DNA of 64,000 nucleotides, from the NCBI GenBank assembly GCA_002269645.1, contig NIVC01001619.1, positions 76,636 through 140,635 of the forward strand. The letters run 5' to 3'. Below are positions 39,645 to 50,885 of this stretch, piece by piece. The translations under genes were made by a program, and so were the position numbers. The DNA is from Macrostomum lignano. Lineage: Eukaryota. The notes beneath the pieces are model-generated. The model worked only from the letters and a program-made list of their open reading frames with translations, searched no databases and was not told the DNA's origin. Each line of letters starts with the position of its first letter. The first letter of the stretch is position 1.

Positions 39645-40439
39645 GAGCTTGAATTCTTTATCTGGTCCTTGAGATAAAGAAATTTTGCCGCCCCTTGGAT
39701 TGGACCAACACACGATGCTACAGGGTTGCTATTGTCACTATAAATCATTAACTAAAATAGCTGTTGTACAACAAATACGAAAGCTTTTCAAAACATTTTT
39801 AAGAAACCAGGTGCTCAGGAAGTTCATTTTTTTCTCTAATAATTTTCTGTTAGTTACTACATAATAGTAGTTTTATCTTGTATTAAATGAATCGTAAACA
39901 AATATCTACACGAAGATATTAATGACCGCAATGAATTTATTTGACACTTGCAAAGAAAGCAAATATAGCTCGTTAATAACTTAATCAGCGAAATTCGCCA
40001 AACTTAAAGTAAATATCATACCTTTATTTTTAAGTACACTTAAAGTGCCAAAATAGTAAAGCAGTATAAAAGTAATAAGTATATAAAAATGGTGATGGCA
40101 TAATGGGATGATAGTAAGAAAGGAAATAACTATAGCTACCAAGTAATTAAACTAACCGACTTTACAGACAAAGTAAAGGAAAAAAGAATCAATTAAAAGG
40201 ATAAACAATGTTTAATAATAATTTATTGCACATCTTTTATCGTTAGGAATAAGTAAAAGAACAGTTCTGTGTTCGATAAATGAGTAGAAAAATATCTACA
40301 TTATATAAATAAATGAGAACGAATATTGCAAAAATTAGCATGATTCGAGTCGTAGTGGGGGGTGCATTTAAAAAAATGAATCAGATTAAACTGGAGAATA
40401 TGGAAATATATATTAATTTTCCATATGTACTTAAAATGA

Positions 40440-41035
40440 TATTTTCTCTATAATGAACTGTTTTAATGAGATCAGAAGCGACAGCTTTAACCATAGACAG
40501 TTGTAGACAGATGATATTTTCTCTATAATGCACTGTTTTAATGAGATCAGAAGCGACAGCTTTAACCATAGACAGTTGTAGACAGATGATATTTTCTCTA
40601 TAATGCACTGTTTTAATGAGATCAGAAGCGACAGCTTTAACCATAGACAGTTGTAGACAGATGATATTTTCTCTATAATGCACTGTTTTAATGAGATCAG
40701 AAGCGACAGCTTTAACCATAGACAGTTGTAGACAGATGATATTTTCTCTATAATGCACTGTTTTAATGAGATCAGAAGCGACAGCTTTAACCATAGACAG
40801 TTTTAGACAGATGATATTTTCTCTATAATGAACTGTTTTAATGAGATCAGAAGCGACAGCTTTAACCATAGACAGTTGTAGACAGATGATATTTTCTCTA
40901 TAATGCACTGTTTTAATGAGATCAGAAGCGACAGCTTTAACCATAGACAGTTGTAGACAGGTGATATTTTCTCTATAATGCACTGTTTTAATGAGATCAG
41001 AAGCGACAGCTTTAACCATAGACAGTTTCAGACAG
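40440..41035. repeat. 75-bp tandem repeat, about 8 copies
   Basis: TTGTAGACAG at 40501 and 40576; 25-aa period in ORF 40381-41178. Confidence 0.92.
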
Positions 41036-41107
41036 ATTAGAAAAAAACCACAACCATAATGAATAATAATAATGATAATAGGAAAAATTACATCCGCTCT
41101 AAATGAA

Positions 41108-41342
41108 GGCTTCGTACGGCTGTTCAGTCCAAGGACTAAGGGGGGGGGGTTGCCACGCACACACATACACACGCTCAATTACCCCAACTAATGCTGGCAC
41201 CCATTTTACAGCTGGGTGAACTGAAGCAATGCAAAGTTAAGTGTCTTGCTCAAGGTCTTGCTTGTTTCGAGTGGGTCGAGAATCGAACCTCTGACCTTTC
41301 ACTCGTGAGTCTGACGCTTTTAATCACTAGGCTACAACCCCT
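41108..41342 (-). mobile_element. tRNA-derived SINE family 2 with CORE (MIR-like) central domain
   Basis: A box TAGCCTAGTG, B box GGTTCGATTC, core GACCTTGAGCAAGACACTTAACTTTGCATTGCTTCAGTTCACCCAGCTGTAAAATGGG; second copy at 61231-61444. Confidence 0.8.
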
Positions 41343-41404
41343 ACCATAGAACTTTGAACTACACAGAACGGGCTCGTGGCGCAAGAGTCATACAGTTCAT
41401 TCTC

Positions 41405-44400
41405 TCAAATGTCGTAACTATTCGCATCGGAACTTGACTTCTCGATATTATCCGGTATGTTAGGCGTAGTGGACGTCTCATCAACAGTATCAATTGACGG
41501 ATTATTGGGCTGAAATGTAGGCTGAGGCCCGTCCTTGCTATTTAAACGCCTTTTTTCTTGGTCGCTTGACTCGTTGAAGCTGCTCTGACTACTGAGGCGC
41601 CTCCGTCTACGACGGAAAAACCAGAATGCGATACAAATAATAGCAGCGACTAAAACAAGACAAAGCAGCACGTATCCGATGATGTTCGAAATCGAAATAT
41701 CCTGTTTTTGAATAACTGATTTAGCAAGTTTTTCGCCTTCAGTACTATTATCTACAGGATTCCGACACTGCCGCATAGCTGTGCTGTTGAAACAGGCGCG
41801 AGATTCTTTAAAAGCTGTGCACTTATTAGCATTATAAATTGCCATATAGTGAGTTGGACAATGCCAGCAGGCGCAGTAAGAATCGTGATAGAAATTTCCA
41901 GTTTCAATTGCACAATAAACTTTTCTGATATTCTTGCAGTCATTTTGGAAGTTTTTCGGCACCTGCAATCGAAAAATTATTTAACGAGCCTATTTTTAGA
42001 GCTGAATTTTAATTCGGTCTTTTTTATTAGAGGCAGGGGGGTTGTGTGCACCCTGGCGCACTTTAAGCCACATAGGCACACAACCGGCGAGAGGCATTAC
42101 TGCCCATTCCGCCGACTCCCCTGAGCAGGCATACAAGCGCGCGGATACGTACGCAGGCACACACTCACACAGGAGTGTACAGCGGCCCACGACTTTATTT
42201 ATATTTAGGCATGTACACTTCACTGTGTCTTGGGGGTTGGCTCTCAAGGCCGTTAATTGCACGAGCAGAGCCAAGCCGAGATTCCAATTCAGCCCCAAAT
42301 TAATGTGACTGCACTTGGAATCGAGCCTGGGTCGCTGGCACACCAGAGCAGCTGCGCTACCGCTGGGCTACGGCTCCCCTTTAATTCGGTCTTTCGCATC
42401 GCGTAAATTCTCTAAATAATGACATCTTTTCAGTCATAAGGAGGCATCGAGGAGAAAAAAGTCACTCGACAAAAAGTCATGTGTCGCTTCAGAGTTGTTG
42501 CAGGTAAACGCAGGTAAAATCGGAAAAGAAGTGAATCTAAAACGACAAGATGTTACGGTACAAGTCGTCAAATAGTGGACTCTTTAATAGTGACTCCAGG
42601 GCCTTAGAGTCGTATCTGAGGCGGGCCAGAGCCTTGCATCTGACTCACTTTATGAATTAGAATCGCACTTCGCGTTCATAAAACTCTATATTTAGTCTAC
42701 TTGAGTTAGTAAAATGTCAAACACAAAAACGACTATTAGACGACTTTTTTGCGACTCTTTAAAGATACGGCAACTCATGTGAGATGCGCTCGTGACTCGA
42801 CTTAACAGTCGCCTCTCCGTCGCATTACAGTCGTTTGAGTCGTTAAAAAGTCATAAGAGAAGCCCCAGAGTCCAGGGGCGTCGCCATAGATTTTATGGTG
42901 GGGGGGGGACAAAAGCCGAGAATTCTAAATGTACATTATTTCCGAATCGGTGTTGTCATTGATTATTTTGAAACCGCAGGCACTCATTTTGGCGCCGCAG
43001 GCTCTCATTTTAGCGCCGCAGGCTCTCATTTTGGCGCCGAAGGCACTCATTTTGGCGCCGCAGGCACTCATTTTGGCGCCGAAGGCACTCATTTTGGCGC
43101 CGCAGGCACTCATTTTAGCGCCACAGGCACTCATTTTAGCGCCGCAGGCACTCATTTTAGCGCCGCAGACAACTCATTTTAGCGCCGCAGGCACTCATTT
43201 TGGCGCCGCAGGCATTCATTTTGGCGCCGCAGGCACTCATTTTAGCGCCGCAAGCTACTCATTTTAGCGCCACAGGCACTCATTTTAGCGCCGCAGGCAC
43301 TCATTTTAGCACCGCAGGCACTCATTTTGGCGCCACAGGCACTCATTTTGGCGCCGCAGGCACTCATTTTGGCGCCGCAGGCACTCATTTTGGCGCCGCA
43401 GGCACTCATTTTAGCGCCACAGGCACTCATTTTAGCGCCGTAGGCACTCATTTTAGCGCCGCAGGCACTCATTTTAGCGCCACAGGCACTCATTTTAGCG
43501 CCGCAGGCACTCATTTTAGCGCCACAGGCACTCTTTTTGGCACCGCAGGCACTCATTTTGGCGCCACAGGCACTCATTTTGGCGCCACAGGCACTCATTT
43601 TGGCGCCGCAGGCACTCATTTTGGCGCCGCAGGCACTCATTTTGGCGCCGCAGGCACTCATTTTAGCGCCACAGGCACTCATTTTAGCGCCGCAGGCACT
43701 CATTTTAGCGCCGCAGGCACTCATTTTGGCGCCGCAGGCACTCATTTTAGCGCCACAGGCACTCATTTTAGCGCCGCAGGCACTCTGTTTTGTCGCCCTG
43801 AAGCAAATTGATTATTGATTTCCATAATGGGTCAACAAGGTGGGGTGGGGGGGACAAAGGGACAAAGCATTGGCATGTCCCCCCATAGCTTCTACTGGGG
43901 GGGGGGCACATGCCTCCCCCCCCGGTGACGACGCCCCTGCCAGAGTCGCTAAAGCCACTAGAGAGTTGTTTACAATGACTATTTAGCGATTGTTCGTCAA
44001 GCTAACGTTTTCCGACGGGTCTATTTACCCTATTCTATCCAAGGACTGTTGAAGTAGAAGGACGAATAACCTCATTTTTAAGAACATTTTAGGATGCAGG
44101 TTTTTTTTTATAAAATACACTACGGAGATAGGAAGCTACGGAGATAGAATTATAAATTATTATTTTATGTTAATTTCTTATTCTGCGTACAAAATATCAA
44201 AATATGAAAACTTCTCATCTCCGTAGTGTATTTTTCGGCGAAAAGGGTTCAAAACTTTTTTCGATGAAACGTCTATGTCTGTGCTAGATTCTTTTGTACA
44301 AAAACCTGAGTACGCTATAAATAGGTCCAGTTTTGAAATTTATTCACCTTTACATCCTGCTGATCATTGCCGAAACACCGACAGATAAGAACAGCAGCGG

Positions 44401-44428
44401 CAATTAGCAGCTGAATTTGAAGATGCAT
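41405..44428 (-). CDS. Receptor A: type I membrane protein with 8-Cys TNFR-like ectodomain; exons 44348-44428 and 41405-41962; about 212 aa
   Basis: Exon 1 encodes signal peptide MHLQIQLLIAAAVLICRCFG and ends AAG|gtgaat; acceptor ttgcag|GTG in phase 0. Cys motif with CACWHC core, TM IIGYVLLCLVLVAAIICIAFWFF, RRRRRR stop-transfer. Confidence 0.8.
42023..42379 (-). mobile_element. tRNA-derived SINE family 1, full length, 15-bp TSD
   Basis: Head GGGGAGCCGTAGCCCAGCGG (A box) and GGCTCGATTCC (B box); AATAAAAAA tail; TSD TTTAATTCGGTCTTT at 42008-42022 and 42380-42394; near-identical to 60470-60834. Confidence 0.9.
42873..43939. mobile_element. hAT-type non-autonomous DNA transposon (MITE) containing a 21-bp tandem array
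   Basis: TIR CAGGGGCGTCG...CGACGCCCCTG; perfect 8-bp TSD CCAGAGTC at 42865-42872 and 43940-43947; internal (GCAGGCACTCATTTTGGCGCC)n at about 42975-43780. Confidence 0.88.
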
Positions 44429-45089
44429 CTGATCAGCTGATTAGGGAAGATTTAAAATAGTAAGATGCCGCTACTACTCTTAAAAGTAGTAATTCATAGC
44501 GAAATCGTATCTGAAATGAGCGACAAAGGTGGCAGATAAATTTGAAACTGATAACTGATAAAACTGCATATTAACTGAAAAAACTGCGATTATCCTACTC
44601 ACAAGTAGCCAAATAAAAAGTGTCAAGTCAAAAAACCGGTAAATGACTACAAAAATAGACTAAAATTTACAATCTGGCAGGTGCATGGATGTGTATTTTG
44701 TTTGAAATGGCAACTGCTAAAAAGATACAAATGTGAGAAAATTTCAAGTTGGCAAACTCGTCTTTTTTGCCTGAGAGATTAACCAGCGCAGTAAAACATG
44801 AACTCGCGGCACGTTAGTAGTAAAGTGCATGGCTAAGCAGAGAATTAAAACTATTGTAAAATTTATAAGCAGACAGTTTATCAAGGCTCTTGAGATAAAG
44901 CAGAAGTCAAACGGAATTTACACTACTAATAAGTAGAAATGTAAAAAGAAAGAAGCAAAATTTAAATAAAATATATTGTAGAATTGTTTAAACAGTTGGC
45001 ATTATCTGTAATTTTTCGTTGATTTAAAGACTATAATATATTCGTTAAAGTTTGAGTACACTAAAGAAATTATTACGACAAGGAGCCTT

Positions 45090-46230
45090 CAGTCAGTCAG
45101 TCAGTCAGTGTCAGTCAGTAAGTCACCCACTCACTCAAGTCAGTCAGTCAGTCAGTCAGTCAGTCAGTCATCACTCACTCACTCAAGTCAGTCATCACCC
45201 ACTCACTCAAGTCAGTCAGTCAGTCAGTCAGTCAGTCAGTCAGTGTCAGTCAGTAAGTCACCCACTCACTCAAGTCAGTCAGTCAGTCAGTCAGTCAGTC
45301 AGTCATCACTCACTCACTCAAGTCAGTCATCACCCACTCACTCAAGTCAGTCAGTCAGTCAGTCAGTCAGTCAGTCAGTCAGTCAGTCAGTCAGTCAGTC
45401 AGTCAGTCAGTCAGTCAGTCAGTCAGTCAGTCAGCACCCACTCACTCAAGTCAGTCAGTCAGTCAGTCACAAAGCCAAACAAATAAGATTGCATTCAGTA
45501 TCAACTGTAAGAAAACAATCAATAATTTCGCTAATGAATAAAGGAACGCAAGGCAATACTGTACAAAGATACAAAGACAGATGTCTGTACATTACTAATG
45601 TCAGTGTCGGTATAACAAAATGCGTCAGTTGAATCACGCAATTACTATGAGCATGACAAAAACATTGATGACAGCTGAGTACTGTTGGCATCGGTGTAGA
45701 AAAGCAGAGACACAGAGATCTGCTTTAAAAAATCCATTGGCAGGGCAACTGATTGAAATATTACTATAGGTCTTGTACTAGAGTACATTATTGTGGTTAG
45801 AAATATGAATTCCTACTTTATATAACTTTATTTCTATGAATATTGTCATCTTATGCGAGATCCGGGATATATGATAGAATAGCTTAGAGATTTTATGTGA
45901 AATATTAGAGATCTCAAATGAAATGTTAAAAATCTCATGAAAGATAATTGAGACTTCATATGACATTAGAGATCTCAAGTGAGATAAGAGATCTCATGCG
46001 GAAGATTCGAGATCTCATATGAGAGATTAGAAATCTCATGAGATATTTGAGATCTCATATGAAAGATTAGAAATCTCATGAGATATTTGAGATCTCATAT
46101 GAAAGATTAGAAATCTCATGAGATATTTGAGATCTCATATGAAAGATTAGAAATCTCATGAGCAATTAGAGACTTTATGTGAGATTTGAGATCTCATGCG
46201 AGAGATTCGAGACCTGATATGAGATTCAGA
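45090..46230. repeat. Interrupted (CAGT)n 45090-45470 and 40-bp GAGATCTC-containing repeat 45960-46230
   Basis: Direct reading. Confidence 0.85.
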
Positions 46231-46421
46231 ATATCATATGTAGGAGATTTCAGCTCAGTTTAAAGTACAAAAAAGTAACCATTTCAAATACAGCAAAAAA
46301 CTGAATGATTTAATTATTGAAAAGATAGTGAGCAGACAGAAAAACTAAATTCAGTCTGAGAACAATATATAATAAGCGGAGCTGATTATGCACATAAACA
46401 GACATGTCACATGATGTAGGA

Positions 46422-47916
46422 TCACACTTTTGATAGGATTTGGTCGCGGCACTTTAACCCATAAGCATTAGTAGCCGCAGGCGCCAGCATAGGCGCGGAC
46501 AGATGCAGCAGGGGATTCAACTGCCTAACGATTGAGCACACGGACATGCTAGACGCTGGTATGTTTGGCGCGAGAGCCTCCGATGAGACACCGTCTTGTA
46601 CTGAGCAGTTCTCGCTTAACCACTTCGAGCAACGTTGAGCGCCTTTGGATAAATATCTGCTGGACTCGTCTGGGCACTTTATTGGTTGACAGGTTCTACA
46701 GGGGCCGTTGCAGCCGCTGTCGGTGCCCCCGGGGTGCTCCACGATGGGGGACTGCTCTCTGCAGGTAGGTTAATTATCAGATATGATTGTTATCTGACTC
46801 AGGTAGGTTAACTATCAGAGATGATTGTTATCTGACTCGGGTAGGTTAATTATCAGATATAGTTGTTATCTGACTCAGGTAGGTTAATTATCAGATATGA
46901 TTGTTATCTGACTCGGGTAGGTTAATTATCAGAGATGGTTGTTATCTGACTCAGGTAGGTTAATTATCAGATATGGTTGGTATCTGACTCAGGTAGGTTA
47001 ATTATCAGATATGGTTGTTATCTGACTCGGGTAGGTTAATTATCAGATATGGTTGTTATCTGACTCAGGTAGGTTAATTATCAGATATGGTTGTTATCTG
47101 ACTCAGGTAGGTTAATTATCAGATATGGTTGTTATCTGACTCAGGTAGGTTAACTATCAGAGATGATTGTTATCTGACTCAGGTAGGTTAATTATCAGAT
47201 ATGATTGTTATCTGACTCAGGTAGGTTAACTATCAGATATGGTTGTTATCTGACTCAGGTAGGTTAATTATCAGATATGGTTGTTATCTGACTCAGGTAG
47301 GTTAATTATCAGATATGGTTGGTATCTGACTTAGATAGGTTAATTGTCAGATAAGAGATATTACTTACTCATCGAGTTCATCAGCAGACTCAACTGACTC
47401 GTTTAATCCACTCTGACGCCCGACTCCGCTCCGGCCTCGAGCGCAGAACCGGATTATTATGACCGTAAATAGTATGGCCAATGCAAAAAAGCAGGCTAAT
47501 AAACTGAATATCAAAGCCACATTGGAGTTCGAAGGATGCTGAACTGTTGAAGACAACGTCGCAGTCGTGGTTGACATTTCAGTTGAAGTATGCTGAATAC
47601 GCTCAGTGGTAGTGCCTGCCACTGGCGATAAGCTTACATTTCGCATAGTTGCCTGACAATAGCCCAGCGTCAGTGCGTCTCGACATTCTTGTAAAAGTTG
47701 TTGTCGAGGAATCAATGCTGAATAGCACGAATATTCATTTACCAATGGCTCGCAATCGACGCACATACAGTCGCCATTGTAATACTGCCGATCCAAATCG
47801 CATTCTGGCGGGAGATAGCAATCTAACTGGTTCTTAGGCGTGTCTACAAAACCGCTGGCTCGGTTGCTTGACAACAGGAACAGCAACAATATGCTTAGTA
47901 GCATTCGTTGATCCAT
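46422..47916 (-). CDS. Receptor B: type I membrane protein with 8-Cys ectodomain, Thr-rich stalk, TM and Cys-containing tail; exons 47369-47916 and 46422-46758; about 294 aa
   Basis: Signal peptide MDQRMLLSILLLFLLSS; CMCVDC core; TM VALIFSLLACFFALAILFTVIII; donor GA|gtaagt joins ctgcag|A in phase 2 into the open frame EQSPIVEHPGG... Confidence 0.8.
46764..47345. repeat. 38-bp minisatellite forming nearly the whole intron of receptor B
   Basis: Unit CTCAGGTAGGTTAATTATCAGATATGGTTGTTATCTGA, about 15 copies. Confidence 0.92.
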
Positions 47917-48819
47917 GCTGTTTAAATCAATCAATTGCCGCTAAGCCGTCACGTACTGGACATTTGCGTTGACGAAAGAAAAAGCCTCAACAAAAGCTCT
48001 TCTTGTTGTTAATGTTGACGACGACTGAAGAGTAGACAGAACCTTTAAGAAGAGTAGACAGGTTGGGTGAAAAGGTTTCTAACAAAAATGATGAGCCTAG
48101 CATATAATCTGTAGCTATTGCGTTGGTAAGAGCGAGCCAGAGAGGTAGAGACTATATAGGAGTTGCAGCGGCAGAGAAGAGCGGTGAAGACGCAGTAGTA
48201 GAAATAACAGAAAAACTGCTTACGAAGTTCCCTCGAAGACACTTTGTCATCAGCATCTCTAAAAAAACAGCTCTCTATTCTAAAAATAACTATTAGACAT
48301 GGTCCCCGCTACTAAAAATAGAACACTTGGTCTAGCTATAAGCTTAAAAACGAAGCGGGTGATGCTATAATACGAGGTATAATACAAACTTTTTCTACTT
48401 ATATAGCGTAATAACTGAACTCTAAAGTGGAACGATGCTTATTTTAACAGAACCCCCCCCCTTCCCCAAAGCCCAAGTGCGAGTTCATTCACTGCTAGCT
48501 GGTAACTACGCAATTGAAAGTAAAGTAGCGGAATTTATCTGGCGCAGATGCTAATAAATATGATAAATTTTTAGAGAAACAAAAACGTTTATTATTGCAG
48601 CGATAAAAGTTATAATGCGCAATTAACAGTAAAATAGGGGCGCTATTATTAAATATTATAACAAATTTTGTAAATATCTGCAATTTAAAAGAGCGCATTG
48701 TGAGCTAGAAGACAAAAGATAAAGAAATAACTATTGATTTGAATATGCGGTTGGCGATGATTCTTCGATAGCAAAACCTTAAAGCAATACAATATAGTTG
48801 AAACAACACGAAACGGTCT

Positions 48820-49790
48820 CTGTGGGGAGGGGGCGCCAGTCTCTGTATGGGAGGGGGCGCCAGTCTCTGTATGGGAGGGGGCGCCAATCTCTGTATGGGA
48901 GGGGGCGCCAGTCTTTGCGGGGGAGACGGCGCCAATCTCTGTATGGGAGGGGGCGCCAGTCTTTGCGGGGGAGGGGCGCCAATCACTGTATGGGAGGGGG
49001 CGCCAGTCTTTGCGGGGGAGGGGGCGCCAATCACTGTATGGGAGGGGGCGCCAGTCTTTGCGGGGGAGGGGGCGCCAATCTCTGTATAGGAGGGGGCGCC
49101 AGTCTGTATGGGAGAGGGCGCCAGTCTCTGTATGGGAGGGGGCGCCAGTCTTTGCGGGGGAGGGGGCGCCAGTCTCTGTATGGGAGGGGGCGCCAGTCTT
49201 TGCGGGGGAGGGGGCGCCAATCTCTGTATAGGAGGGGGCGCCAATCTCTGTATAGGAGGGGGCGCCAGTCTTTGCGGGGGAGGGGGCGCCAATCTCTGTA
49301 TAGGAGGGGGCGCCAGTCTTTGCGGGGGAGGGGGCGCCAATCTCTGTATGGGAGGGGGCGCCAGTCTTTGCGGGGGAGGGGGCCAATCTCTGTACGGGAG
49401 GGGGCGCCAGTCTTTGCGGGGAGGGGCGCCAATCTCTGTATGGGAGGGGGCGCCAGTCTTTGCGGGGGAGGGGGCGCCAGTCTTTGCGGGGGAGGGGGCG
49501 CCAATCTCTGTATAGGAGGGGGCGCCAGTCTGTATGGGAGAGGGCGCCAGTCTCTGTATGAGAAGGGCCGCCAGTCTCTGTATGAGAAGGGGCGCCAGTC
49601 TCTGTATGAGAAGGGGCGCCAGTCTCTGTATGAGAAGGGGCGCCAATCTCTGTATGAGAAGGGGCGCCAATCTCTGTATGAGAAGGGGCGCCAGTCTCTG
49701 TATGAGAAGGGGCGCCAGTCTCTGTATGAGAAGGGGCGCCAATCTCTGTTTGAGAAGGGGCGCCAGTCTCTGCGGGGAGGGGGCGCCAGT
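48820..49790. repeat. G-rich about 24-bp minisatellite (GGGAGGGGGCGCCAGTCTCTGTAT)n; degenerate copies at 50205-50330
   Basis: Direct reading. Confidence 0.92.
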
Positions 49791-50885
49791 TGCGACTGTA
49801 AATAATTTTAAGACTTTGAGATTGCGGTAGCACTTTACCCGAAGGGAGCTAGCTAGTGTGTCCCGGGGCCGGCTTGACTAATGATTCTGCGTCTTTGTCT
49901 GAGCTGCCTATCGTTCAAATAAAACACAATTATGCGAACGACATTGTAATTTTAACAGTTAAATAAAGGCGTAAATAGGCACATTGTAAAAAGGGAAAAA
50001 TGGAAGGAGGGGCACAAAAAGGGATATCAACTGATTTAAACAAGCGTTTGGAGGTGATTTGACAATAGAGCAATCTAAAACTATATACGAGCGTATTATA
50101 CGAAGGAGTATGGATATGAGAACCACTGTTAGCAACAGAGCGTACTGATTTTTATAGCAAAAACTGCTCAAAATTTGCCTGCCTGCCAGTCTCTGAGGGC
50201 CACATTTAAGGGGGGGGGCGCCAGTCTAAGGGGCAAAGTCTCTTTGGGGGGGAGCGCTAGTCTTGGAAGGGGGCGACAGTCTCGGAGGGGGGGGCGCTAG
50301 TCTCCGAGTTTCTGGGAGACAGGAAGACAGTCTCTGCGGAGAGGAAGTTGTGAAATATTCTGTCTTCCAGCAGGGACTCGCTCTAGTATTGCTTTTTCGA
50401 TCTAATAAACTTTTGAAGCCGCTATTGATCGCTAGATGATCTTCGTAGTACTGATAGAAAGAGGTTAGGCCCTTAAAATATAACTGGCAAGCTTAATATG
50501 TGCTTTTACTGATGGGTACAAACGATGCCGTTATAGTACCAATGACAATGACAAGCTCAACTGTGTGACGAATATAAGATTCCTTAGTAAACGTTTACAT
50601 ATATGAACTGTTTCATTGCTAATCCGAGAGTCTTGGGTTCAGGTTGCCAACCGGAACGACGACTCAATTTATTGTTTTTTTCATCTATTTTTCTCGGAGT
50701 GACTCATTAAATTGCTTGATATCATCTGCTGGATATCAAAGCGATCTAGAAAACTAGCGACAAGAAACTTGCTGATAATAAGCGTTAAAATAGGCTTCGA
50801 AGCACTTAGCCTTTGGCGTGGCGAAAAATATTGTGCACTCTTCACTATTGTGCATTCCTATTGAGGAATGTTCAACCAACGATGA

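Noticed and set aside
40381-41178. 265-aa ORF with 25-aa repeats, or a CRISPR-like array
   Set aside because: Head-to-tail 75-bp tandem repeat with no unique spacers; eukaryotic context; no cas genes.
41268-41342. tRNA genes at the heads of 41342, 42379, 60470 and 61231
   Set aside because: A and B boxes continue into shared SINE bodies and tails; no complete cloverleaf was evident.
48045-48242. 65-aa minus-strand ORF with a hydrophobic N-terminus as a sixth receptor
   Set aside because: GTG start, no C-x-C-x2-C core or TM/tail, and no usable splice link found.
48685-49833. Pro-rich and Gly/Arg-rich ORFs
   Set aside because: G-rich minisatellite open in many frames on both strands.
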